64,000 nt of DNA from a virus. Its lineage: Duplodnaviria; Caudoviricetes. The notes beneath the pieces were generated by a model. It saw nothing but the letters and a program-made list of their open reading frames with translations. It had not been told where the DNA came from and ran no database searches. A program made the translations under genes and the position numbers. The stretch is taken from the IMG/VR virus record IMGVR_UViG_2821123053_000004, positions 4,819-68,818 of that record; one strand, given 5' to 3'. Below are positions 55,231 to 63,226 of this stretch, in pieces (position 1 is the stretch's first letter; the number at the start of each line of letters is the position of its first letter).

Positions 55231-55539
55231 TCATCGCGCCGTCGCCTCTTCGGTCGCCAAGAGAGCAGCCCAACCTACAGCGGGCAGGGGCTTGCCGGCA
55301 GCCGCCAACCTTTTCTTGAAGGCTTGCTCCGCCTTCCTCTTGGCGTCTTCGCGGCTGGATGCCGTCACCGTGATGCGGCGGCGGCCAACCAAGAAAACGA
55401 ATTTCCGCTTGTTGGTGTCTACGCCGTAGCGGAAACCAGCGTTAAATAGTTTGCGGGCTGCGGCTTTATCCAGATCCGCCTGCTCGGCAGGGGATAGGCA
55501 GGACCACCAGTTGTCAAAGGCGATTTGATTTCTTCTCAT
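55231..55539 (-). CDS. Hypothetical protein
   Basis: 102 aa in leftward operon. Confidence 0.65.
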   Translation of the reverse strand: MRRNQIAFDNWWSCLSPAEQADLDKAAARKLFNAGFRYGVDTNKRKFVFLVGRRRITVTASSREDAKRKAEQAFKKRLAAAGKPLPAVGWAALLATEEATAR

Positions 55540-55569
55540 GTCCGCTCACAACTCGGCAGTGTCGTAGGC

Positions 55570-55803
55570 TTAGGCAGCAATGTCGGTTGTCTCGCCGTGC
55601 TGCGATATCAGGCGCGGCGACGCCATGTCGCCGGTCTCTTCGTCGACCATGACTGAGTACGCAGCGACGCCGATGACGCGCGAGGCCATGGCAGCCGCGA
55701 TCTTCTCGGCGGAGACTGCATTCGAGGCCTGCCTCATCTCGCCGGGCACGATCTGGCCTCGGTTCTTTTTGAATTGGAGGACGATGAATTTTTCGCTGGC
55801 CAT
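55570..55803 (-). CDS. Hypothetical protein
   Basis: MASEKFIVLQF; first gene after LexA box; ends IAA. Confidence 0.7.
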   Translation of the reverse strand: MASEKFIVLQFKKNRGQIVPGEMRQASNAVSAEKIAAAMASRVIGVAAYSVMVDEETGDMASPRLISQHGETTDIAA

Positions 55804-55820
55804 GTGGAGCATCCTTCTGC

Positions 55821-55835
55821 GTTCCTATTTTGTTC
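55821..55835 (-). promoter_or_regulatory. Alphaproteobacterial LexA box GTTC-N7-GTTC
   Basis: GTTCCTATTTTGTTC, 17 bp upstream of ATG 55803. Confidence 0.8.
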
Positions 55836-55925
55836 TCTAATTAGAGAAGAGTCAAGCGCCCTCTGCCTCAACGCGGAGGGCGCTTTTTTTGTTTTCTGCG
55901 GGTGGCCCTGCAAACCCGCCAAATC

Positions 55926-55955
55926 TTGACAAATTTGTAAAAACTATATAGAGAT
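55926..55955 (+). promoter_or_regulatory. Promoter/operator TTGACAAATTTGTAAA
   Basis: Exact copy of motif; CTCACCA hairpin follows. Confidence 0.7.
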
Positions 55956-56003
55956 GATTATCGGCCTCACCAGCCGTTTTCACCACAAACAGAGGAGGCC
56001 GAT

Positions 56004-56663
56004 ATGACCGCACCTGGTAGACCCACGTTCAGACGCATCGCATTCGCATCCCTCGCAATCGCTCTTTCGAGCGCCGCCTATTTCGCCGCCCCAACTGTAG
56101 CAGCTTACACCGCACCTCCGGCCACCGACGCTGCCACTGTCAAAGTCATTCTCACTAACGGCCATGGATCCGGCGTCCATATCGGCAATGGGTTTGTCGT
56201 TACTGCTGCGCACGTCGCCGGAGACGCTGCAACCGTGGAACTGAAGACAAAGGACGGCAAGACCCGGCCAGCCGATGTCCTTTGGGTCAACAAGGCATAC
56301 GACATCGCGCTGCTGCGCACGTCGCCGGAGACGCTGCCGGCCGCTCACCTAGATTGCCGCACCGTGTCGGCCGGCACTGTCATCGAGGCGATCGGCAATC
56401 CACTGTCGGTCGAATTTATCTCGGCGTACGGCAAGATTGCTGGCGCGCCGCGAGCGCAGGGGCCGTGGAAGTCCGTATTCGTCACCGATATCACAACAGT
56501 TCAAGGCCAGAGTGGCGGCCCAGTCTTTGGGCCGTCTGGCGACGTCGTCGGCATCACCGTCGGCGTCATGGGGGTGCCTATGGGCTTCTCGGCGTCACTG
56601 GTCGGCTATGGCTTCGTCGTGCCTTCGACTGAGGTTTGCGCGCTGTTGGGGCGGATGACTTGA
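56004..56663 (+). CDS. Trypsin-like (S1) serine protease with signal/TM segment
   Basis: VTAAHV, YDIALL, GQSGGP triad. Confidence 0.9.
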   Translation: MTAPGRPTFRRIAFASLAIALSSAAYFAAPTVAAYTAPPATDAATVKVILTNGHGSGVHIGNGFVVTAAHVAGDAATVELKTKDGKTRPADVLWVNKAYDIALLRTSPETLPAAHLDCRTVSAGTVIEAIGNPLSVEFISAYGKIAGAPRAQGPWKSVFVTDITTVQGQSGGPVFGPSGDVVGITVGVMGVPMGFSASLVGYGFVVPSTEVCALLGRMT

Positions 56664-56845
56664 TGGCTGAGTACCGCATCGTAGAGGACAGATGGGCGGG
56701 GTTCGAAGTCCAGATCCGCACAAGGTGGTGGCCGTTTTGGCGACAGCCGAGGACTAACACACACTCCACGATGGAGGCTGCGGAGCGGTGGGCTTTGGCC
56801 TACGCGACAGGTCCAAAGGTCAAATATCTCGGCAAACTGCCCTAA
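56663..56845 (+). CDS. Small hypothetical protein
   Basis: Coupled; EVQIRTRWWPFW. Confidence 0.6.
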   Translation: MAEYRIVEDRWAGFEVQIRTRWWPFWRQPRTNTHSTMEAAERWALAYATGPKVKYLGKLP

Positions 56846-56897
56846 AACACCCGGCCGCGCGAATGCGGCCACCAATCACCACACCACAGGAGACTCC

Positions 56898-57209
56898 ATG
56901 TCAGAACCGATCGTCGTCGATATCGGCGCCGCAATGCAGACGCTCGAGGCCAATCCTGATCTCGCTGCGAAGATGAACGAGTTGATTTTCGGCAAGCTCG
57001 TCGCCGATCAGTTGGCGCAGCGCGAGGCGCTCATAATGCAGCTGGGCGAGGCACTGACGTTGGTGCTGGGCAACCTAGAAAAGTCGGCTGACCTGTTCGA
57101 AGACGGACAGAGCGAAGAGGCGTGGGAATGGGTTTCTGCGGCACAGCTCGCTGCAAAGCCGGCGCAGGCGGCACTCCAAGCTTACACCGGGCAGGAGACC
57201 ACCGCTTGA
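56898..57209 (+). CDS. Hypothetical coiled-coil protein
   Basis: CACCAC-AGGAG leader. Confidence 0.7.
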   Translation: MSEPIVVDIGAAMQTLEANPDLAAKMNELIFGKLVADQLAQREALIMQLGEALTLVLGNLEKSADLFEDGQSEEAWEWVSAAQLAAKPAQAALQAYTGQETTA

Positions 57210-58474
57210 CCGACACCTACCATTCCATCCCAGAAGACCGAATCGACGAGGCCGCCAGACTGCACGCCGAAGGCAAGAGCCTCCGCAAGATCGCCAAGGC
57301 CATGGGCATCGGGTACGGCACGGCGCACAAGTACGTTCGTCGCGGTGCAGAGCAAGGCAAGCTTGGAACTAAGCCGGTGCTGCCGGGATACGCCATCAAG
57401 TCAATCGCCAGCAAGCATGGCGATGCCTGGATCAAGCAGACGAAAGCACCGGGAGAGGTGTTCGAACTGCCGGCCGGCCAGGTAGTCAAAGGCGTGTCCG
57501 CACTCGTCGACGGGCAGGGCAGGGAAGTCGCCAAGTGGATCAAGACTGCGACGGACAGCGACAATGCGGCCGCGATCTTCGCTGCCACGGTCGAAACACT
57601 TAAGGAACATCTGCCGCGCGTAACCATCATGCCGCCGCCGGCCAATGTCGAATCGGACCTTCTTAATCAGTTCACAGTCACCGACAACCATTTCGGGATG
57701 CTGTCGTGGCGCGAGGAGACCGGGAGCGATTATGATCTCCGGCTCGCCGAGCAACTCATTCTCGACTGGTTTGCCGCGGCGATCGCAAACGCTCCGCAGG
57801 CTCACACTGCCGTCCTTGCACAGATCGGCGACCTTATGCACCACGACGCGCTCGAGAGCGTGACACCGGCGCACAAGCATGTCCTCGATGCCGACAGCCG
57901 CCTGCAGAAGGTCATCCGAGTGGTCATCAGGACAATTCGCCGAATAATCGACATGCTCTTGCAGAAACACCAGCACGTCCACGTCATCATGGCGTCGGGC
58001 AATCACGATCCGGCCTCATCTGCTTGGCTGCGCGAAATGCTGGCTGCGATGTACGAGGGCGAGCCTCGTATCTCGGTCGATAACTCGCCGAGCCTATACT
58101 ATGCCTATGAGTGGGGAGCCACGGCGCTGTTCTGGCATCACGGCCACAAGCGCGGCGTCAACAATGTAGATGCGACGTTGGCCGGCATGTTTCGCGAGCT
58201 CTATGGCCGCAGCAAGTTTGCCTACGCCCACATCGGCCACCTGCACAGCGACGAGGGGCGCAAGTCAGGACTGATGTATGTCGAGCGCCATGAGACGCTC
58301 GCAGCGCCTGACGCCTATGCTGCAGGCGGAGGTTGGCTGTCAGGACGGTCGGCGAAGGTCATCACCTATTCCCGGCAGTACGGCGAGGTCGGCCGGTCCA
58401 CGCTGCGGCCGGAGATGGTCGCGGGCAAGTATGCGGCGGCGAATGACAATGAACCCGTTAGGAGGGCGGCGTGA
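57206..58474 (+). CDS. HTH + calcineurin-like metallophosphoesterase
   Basis: TDNHFG, GDLMH, GNHD, HHGH, GHLH; ends AAANDNEPVRRAA. Confidence 0.82.
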   Translation: MTDTYHSIPEDRIDEAARLHAEGKSLRKIAKAMGIGYGTAHKYVRRGAEQGKLGTKPVLPGYAIKSIASKHGDAWIKQTKAPGEVFELPAGQVVKGVSALVDGQGREVAKWIKTATDSDNAAAIFAATVETLKEHLPRVTIMPPPANVESDLLNQFTVTDNHFGMLSWREETGSDYDLRLAEQLILDWFAAAIANAPQAHTAVLAQIGDLMHHDALESVTPAHKHVLDADSRLQKVIRVVIRTIRRIIDMLLQKHQHVHVIMASGNHDPASSAWLREMLAAMYEGEPRISVDNSPSLYYAYEWGATALFWHHGHKRGVNNVDATLAGMFRELYGRSKFAYAHIGHLHSDEGRKSGLMYVERHETLAAPDAYAAGGGWLSGRSAKVITYSRQYGEVGRSTLRPEMVAGKYAAANDNEPVRRAA

Positions 58475-58484
58475 TGAGGTGAGA

Positions 58485-58631
58485 TCAGCCAATGCCGAAA
58501 AAGCCCAGCCACGCGGCGACGAAAGGTGCACAGCGGTAAACGATGGCAATAGTGGCGAGTAACAGCATTCCCAAGGGGCTGCTCGCCTCTCCCTCAGTCT
58601 TGCCGTGCTTAAAACGAAGATGGTGTTTCAT
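58485..58631 (-). CDS. 48-aa membrane peptide, antisense
   Basis: Read manually; SD GGAG. Confidence 0.4.
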   Translation of the reverse strand: MKHHLRFKHGKTEGEASSPLGMLLLATIAIVYRCAPFVAAWLGFFGIG

Positions 58632-58916
58632 TGGTCACTCCAGCGAAGGTTTTGCTGGCAACCAGTATGACCATATGCCGACCCGTAGGGCTGGGGGTCA
58701 AGTGCAGTATCGTGGAGGCTTTCAAACCCCAAGATATTGTGGCGTTTCCCTGTGGATGACGGGGAAGAAAAAATAAGACAGCCAATCAGTTGCTTACCGA
58801 ATTAAGCTGAGATGTGCGCCATCCTCGCGGGTTCCTATTTCGTCGTTAGCCGCTCTTATTACCAAGCCAACAGCCACACCAGCTGTTGATAACCACCACC
58901 ACAAGAGGAGACTGAA

Positions 58917-59372
58917 ATGGCTTTTGCACCAGAGACCACCGGCACGGGTGACCGTCCGCCGGCACCAAGAACGATTGCCGCCAACGATAACCCGGTGCCC
59001 GCCTACACCCACGCCGCCGCAATCAACATCTTCGCGGCCGACTGCCACGCCCGCAGCCGGAAGGCAGGCTGGTACACCGACCTCGCCACCGGCAAGGCGC
59101 TGGATCGCAACGTTCCGGAGATGCTGATGCTCATCGTCTCTGAGATCAGCGAGGCCATGGAAGGCTTCCGCAAGAAGCTGGACGACGACAAGCTGCCGCA
59201 CCGGAAGATGATGGAGGTGGAGCTTGCCGACGCCATGATCCGCATCGGCGACCTGGCGACGTTCATGGGCTACGACCTCGGCGGAGCGATCGTCGAGAAG
59301 ATGGCCTACAACGACAACCGCGAGGACCACAAGATTGAGAACCGGCTCAAGGCCGGCGGGAAGGCGTTTTGA
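58917..59372 (+). CDS. MazG-like NTP pyrophosphohydrolase
   Basis: LIVSEISEAMEG..EVELADAMIRIGDLA. Confidence 0.85.
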   Translation: MAFAPETTGTGDRPPAPRTIAANDNPVPAYTHAAAINIFAADCHARSRKAGWYTDLATGKALDRNVPEMLMLIVSEISEAMEGFRKKLDDDKLPHRKMMEVELADAMIRIGDLATFMGYDLGGAIVEKMAYNDNREDHKIENRLKAGGKAF

Positions 59373-59950
59373 TGGAACTCCACCAGCTGATGGAAATGGG
59401 CGAGGTGGTAACCACCACTTTCGGCCCACTCGACAAGTACGTAGCCGCGAATGACAACGTGCCGGCCTCCATCCGAGGCCTGACGGGCAGCGGCAAGCCT
59501 TACCTCTACAGCGCCAAGGAACTGGCTGCGCGTGACCGGGAAACCGAGCCGCTGCACACGCTGGATGATCTGGCAAAGCTGCAAGGCTTCATCTATCTCG
59601 GCTCTCCGTATGCAAAGTATGATGCCGGCATGGATGAGGCGGCCCGCGTCGTCACCGAGTGCGCCGGCAGGCTCATGGCGCGTGGTATGCGGATCTACTG
59701 CCCGATTGCCCACGGCCATGCCGTCACCCGCTACCAGGATCTGCCGCGAACTTGGGACTTCTGGAAAGATCAGGACCAGCCTCTGATTGACGCCGCGTCA
59801 TCGCTCATCGTTCTAGAGATGCGGGGTTGGTGGGATTCGGTCGGGCTCAAGTACGAGTTCGAAAGCTTTCTCAAGGCAGGCAAGCCGATTGTCTATATCG
59901 AGCCGCACGAGCTCGGCGTCGAAGAGCCGAAGCTGGGGAGGGTGGCATGA
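59369..59950 (+). CDS. DUF1937-like (nucleoside deoxyribosyltransferase-fold) protein
   Basis: IYLGSPY..YCPIAHGH..SVGLKYE. Confidence 0.8.
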   Translation: MMELHQLMEMGEVVTTTFGPLDKYVAANDNVPASIRGLTGSGKPYLYSAKELAARDRETEPLHTLDDLAKLQGFIYLGSPYAKYDAGMDEAARVVTECAGRLMARGMRIYCPIAHGHAVTRYQDLPRTWDFWKDQDQPLIDAASSLIVLEMRGWWDSVGLKYEFESFLKAGKPIVYIEPHELGVEEPKLGRVA

Positions 59951-60303
59951 CCAAGAAGAAGCTGACGTGGAGCGAAGAGCTTGTCGGCCGCAAGCTTCCC
60001 GCCGATGCCAAGTATATCGACACCATCATGGCTGGCTTCGTTCGGGACGACGGCACGTTCTGCGGCCGCATGGAGCCGATCGACAGGTGGCTTCGAGCGC
60101 CTTGGAAGAGCTGCCGACGCGCTGGATGGGTCAAGGCCAGCATCCTCAGCTTCGGCAAGAACGCGACCATCTTCTTCTTGACAGAGAGCGGCGAGGCTGA
60201 GGCTCTGGCGGCGAAGGGTCGAGTGAAGTCGGCTAGGGAGGCTCGCGAGCAGTGGAGCCTCGATTGGACCAAGGCGTGGCAGTCGAAGCAGGAGGCAGCA
60301 TGA
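59947..60303 (+). CDS. Hypothetical protein
   Basis: ATGA coupling. Confidence 0.65.
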   Translation: MTKKKLTWSEELVGRKLPADAKYIDTIMAGFVRDDGTFCGRMEPIDRWLRAPWKSCRRAGWVKASILSFGKNATIFFLTESGEAEALAAKGRVKSAREAREQWSLDWTKAWQSKQEAA

Positions 60304-60557
60304 TCAATCCTTTCGGCAACATCATCATGGGCGTCCAGGTTATCGAAGATCCGAATATGAAGGAGGTCGTCGGCGAGGATTGGTCAAAGGTCCGCTCGCC
60401 GGCGCGAGCCCGACGGCGCAGGCGCAAGCACAGGCAGAACATCCTGCCTCTCTACGCGCCGATGAAGGAGTTCTACCACATCGGCAACCAAATCATCTGC
60501 CATCCTGCAATGGCGGCGCAGCTGAGGGCAGCGATCCCTGAGAGGAGGGTAGCATGA
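60300..60557 (+). CDS. Hypothetical protein
   Basis: ATGA coupling. Confidence 0.65.
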   Translation: MINPFGNIIMGVQVIEDPNMKEVVGEDWSKVRSPARARRRRRKHRQNILPLYAPMKEFYHIGNQIICHPAMAAQLRAAIPERRVA

Positions 60558-60760
60558 CCCTCACCATGGAAAAGCTCATGGAGATGGGCGAAAACGCCAG
60601 CGTCCAGATCGCCGCCGGCCCGGCCTACCTTCATACCGGTCATCGTCTTGAGCCACGCCTATGGGATGACCTGCGGCAGGAAATGCAGCGCCGGTTGCGC
60701 CGAGCAACAGGCGAACCGCATGCCATCGTCACGTTCTCATTCGGATCGGAGGCCACATGA
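60554..60760 (+). CDS. Hypothetical protein
   Basis: ATGA coupling. Confidence 0.6.
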   Translation: MTLTMEKLMEMGENASVQIAAGPAYLHTGHRLEPRLWDDLRQEMQRRLRRATGEPHAIVTFSFGSEAT

Positions 60761-61038
60761 ACACCATCAAACCCGGCGACGACATCGTCTGCATCGACGA
60801 CGGCATCTATGCTGAGCAGTACCTCGGGATCACCGAGGGCCAGGTCTATAAGGCCCGATGGGTCGGCCCGGTCACCAGCTACATGAACGGCGACTACATC
60901 GGCGTCAGGCTGGAAGGCATCAACCGGGGCGTCTGCCCTGAGTTCGGCGACGAGGATCCGCCGTTCAACGTGCGCCGGTTCCGGCCGGTGGTGAAGCCGG
61001 AAGTGAAGGCCGGCAAGAAAGTGGAGGAGGCACTATGA
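60757..61038 (+). CDS. Hypothetical KOW-like protein
   Basis: IKPGDDIVCID..FRP. Confidence 0.65.
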   Translation: MNTIKPGDDIVCIDDGIYAEQYLGITEGQVYKARWVGPVTSYMNGDYIGVRLEGINRGVCPEFGDEDPPFNVRRFRPVVKPEVKAGKKVEEAL

Positions 61039-61532
61039 CCATAGAATCACAAGACGATGGCTGCATTGCCGAGGTACCGTTCGAACTGCGCGGGCTCGGC
61101 GCGGCAATAGGCAAGGTGCCAGCCAACGACAATAGCTTCTTTGACCGTGCAATGTCGGCGCCCGGAAGCTTGCCGTCCAGTAATCCGAAGCGTGCCTTTG
61201 GGGTCCGCAAGCCGTCCGCTCAATTCATCCCGCCAGTGGCCATCGTTGAGGAAAGTGCCGTCATGGCTCTCGGTGCGGCGAAATACGGGCCCTTCAATTG
61301 GCAGGACGACCCGGTGGACGCCACCACCTACTACAGCGCGGCGATTCGCCACTTGCTGCAGTGGTTCTCAGGCGAGGACCGGGACACTGAAAGCGGCGCC
61401 TCTCATCTGGCTCACGTCAGGGCGTGTATGGGCATCTTGCTCGACGCGCAGGCGGCAGGCACGCTGATCGACGACAGGCCGAACTGCGCGTCAGCCGGTG
61501 ATGCGATCGAGAGACTGAAGAAGGCAGGATAA
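61035..61532 (+). CDS. dATP/dGTP diphosphohydrolase-domain protein (DUF5664-like)
   Basis: GAAKYGPFNW..AAIRHL..D.ESG.SHLAH. Confidence 0.85.
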   Translation: MTIESQDDGCIAEVPFELRGLGAAIGKVPANDNSFFDRAMSAPGSLPSSNPKRAFGVRKPSAQFIPPVAIVEESAVMALGAAKYGPFNWQDDPVDATTYYSAAIRHLLQWFSGEDRDTESGASHLAHVRACMGILLDAQAAGTLIDDRPNCASAGDAIERLKKAG

Positions 61533-61551
61533 TCTCCCGCAGCAGACAACC

Positions 61552-61588
61552 AAGCCCGTCAGCCGCACCGCTGGCGGGCTTTTCTTTT
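61552..61588 (+). terminator. Intrinsic terminator after last phage gene
   Basis: AAGCCCGTCAGC..GCTGGCGGGCTT + TTCTTTT. Confidence 0.75.
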
Positions 61589-61748
61589 GGCAGCTATTGC
61601 ATCCGTGAGTAGATACGGGCTATCCAGATAGTACAGCCAAGTAACCCAGTGGCTGGTTTGCAAACGAACGATAAGCACTTGAAATCTAGTAGGTGCTTTT
61701 AGACGCAGTTTGTAAATACACTTCCAAAATCATTGAAAAAAACGGTAT

Positions 61749-61793
61749 CTTCTAAGCAGCAGGTCGCAGGTTCGAGTCCTGCAGGGGTCGCCA
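61749..61793 (+). other. att site: 3' half of tRNA-Arg(UCU)
   Basis: CTTCTAA anticodon loop, GCAGC, GCAGGTTCGAGTCCTGC T arm, acceptor strand and CCA; 5' half absent. Confidence 0.88.
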
Positions 61794-61908
61794 CTCTCTT
61801 ATTTGTCTATATCTCACATGCAGGCAGCTTGTTGTACCAGAACACGGGTACAGAACTCGTGCCCAGCCCAGCCCAGTCTGTCGCGCTTGCTGCCAGCCAC
61901 CACCCTGC

Positions 61909-62217
61909 TTATCGGCTACGCACGGGATTGCCGTAGAGTGGGACCGGATAGACATAATCCCCTCTGCTCGAAAAACCTTTGCGGTAGAGGCAGGCTCTCA
62001 GCGCAGCCTGATTGAGGAAGTTGTCGAAAAAGGGGTGTACGCGCGGCGGCGTTGAAGCTTCAAGCGTGCATTCGTCGCGTGCGCTCAAGAAGCGATTTTC
62101 GACGTCCGATCCTTTGACAATTTCCAGGCTTCCATAGGTTATCGACGCAGCGGAGGCGCTATTGCTCAGCGCTGGAGCCAATGCAACCAGTAGCGTTGAC
62201 ACAAATGTCAGCTTCAT
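61909..62217 (-). CDS. Exported hypothetical protein (outside att)
   Basis: Signal peptide; SD GGGAG. Confidence 0.65.
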   Translation of the reverse strand: MKLTFVSTLLVALAPALSNSASAASITYGSLEIVKGSDVENRFLSARDECTLEASTPPRVHPFFDNFLNQAALRACLYRKGFSSRGDYVYPVPLYGNPVRSR

Positions 62218-62517
62218 AGGTGTCTCCCTCAAATCGGCAGATGGCAACGGTCCAAATCCGATCTTGTTCCCGTTAGGGTGAAATTTTACCCGCGCTTGTT
62301 CGCATATGCGAAAGGACTTTTGGAATTTCGCTGCGGTGCATTCTAAGCTATTATCCAGTTCATCGGTTCCGTTGCGTCACGCAGGGGAAGGTAATTTTGG
62401 TGCCGGGAGCAGGAGCTTCGTGTTTGGCGCCTTCAATACACTGAAATGGTTTTTCGCGGGCCGCGCGGGGTGGCCCGGACCTTTGCATTGTCTTTGAGCC
62501 TTCGAGTGGGGATACAT

Positions 62518-63174
62518 ATGAACAGAAATATTCTCGCCCTGGCGGGTGCGGTTTTGCTTGCCGCCTCCATCTCTAGTTCAAGTTGGGCGGATGAACGTCC
62601 ATTGATATGGCAGCCGATCAAGAACTCGGACACAAGTTACGCCGTGAAGCTGGGACTCCGGCTGCCCGTGCGGCTCGAAACAGAGGCCGGATTCAATGTC
62701 GGTGTGGATTCGTCGAAGACTGGTGAGGTGGTGAATACACCTCTCAAGTTCTGGAGCAGGATAAAAACCGAGGATAGGAAGCGCCCCGCTTACCAGATGA
62801 GCCGTGATATCGGGATCAATATGGATGGCAATGCAGGCAGCGCTGCGATCAGCATGAACTATTATGAAAAGCAGATTGCTACGCCAACCTTCAATCTTGA
62901 GCGTCAATCCAGCTATGTGGTTCGCTATGACGGTGTGCAAAAAGACTGGGCAGGACTGGACGCGAGCCAATCGATCAAGTTGAGGCAGCGTGAGAGCGGA
63001 ACCGCCTTCGTAGCCGTTGCCAATGGTTCGGCGAATTTTTCGGCAGTTGCTGCCAGTTTCGGGATCGAGCAACCTCTCGGCGAGAACATAACGCTGAGCG
63101 GCAGCGTGAACCGAAACTTCACCGATGCAACGACGGTATCGAGCGTTAACGCGAGTTATTCCTACAAATGGTGA
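62518..63174 (+). CDS. Host exported/outer-membrane-type hypothetical protein
   Basis: Signal peptide; beta-strand-rich; C-terminal W. Confidence 0.75.
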   Translation: MNRNILALAGAVLLAASISSSSWADERPLIWQPIKNSDTSYAVKLGLRLPVRLETEAGFNVGVDSSKTGEVVNTPLKFWSRIKTEDRKRPAYQMSRDIGINMDGNAGSAAISMNYYEKQIATPTFNLERQSSYVVRYDGVQKDWAGLDASQSIKLRQRESGTAFVAVANGSANFSAVAASFGIEQPLGENITLSGSVNRNFTDATTVSSVNASYSYKW

Positions 63175-63178
63175 GATG

Positions 63179-63208
63179 AAAAAGGGCGCTTCAGGCGCCC
63201 TTTTTCAT
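63179..63208. terminator. Bidirectional terminator
   Basis: AAAAAGGGCGC-TTCAG-GCGCCCTTTTT between convergent genes. Confidence 0.75.
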
Positions 63209-63226
63209 CTCGATATTTAGCTGTCC

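Larger units (their letters stand above)
1..61793. mobile_element. Temperate siphovirus prophage (HK97-like head, long tail); left end outside window
   Basis: Complete ordered immunity/replication/packaging/head/tail/lysis modules; ends at 3' half of tRNA-Arg(UCU); host ABC transporter gene beyond. Confidence 0.95.

Noticed and set aside
58794-59576. Minus-strand 260 aa ORF containing AANDE
   Set aside because: Shadow of the MazG/DUF1937 genes with no SD or recognisable motifs
4940-60303. About 19 proteins ending in -AA taken alone as proof of ClpX degrons
   Set aside because: Many EAA/VAA ends arise from GAGGCGGC-ATGA translational coupling, where the SD of the next gene encodes E-A-A, and some are virion proteins. 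Only the synonymously varied ANDN motif is treated as strong evidence.
61749-61793. Functional tRNA-Arg gene
   Set aside because: The 5' half is missing and upstream bases cannot pair with GCAGC; it is an att remnant
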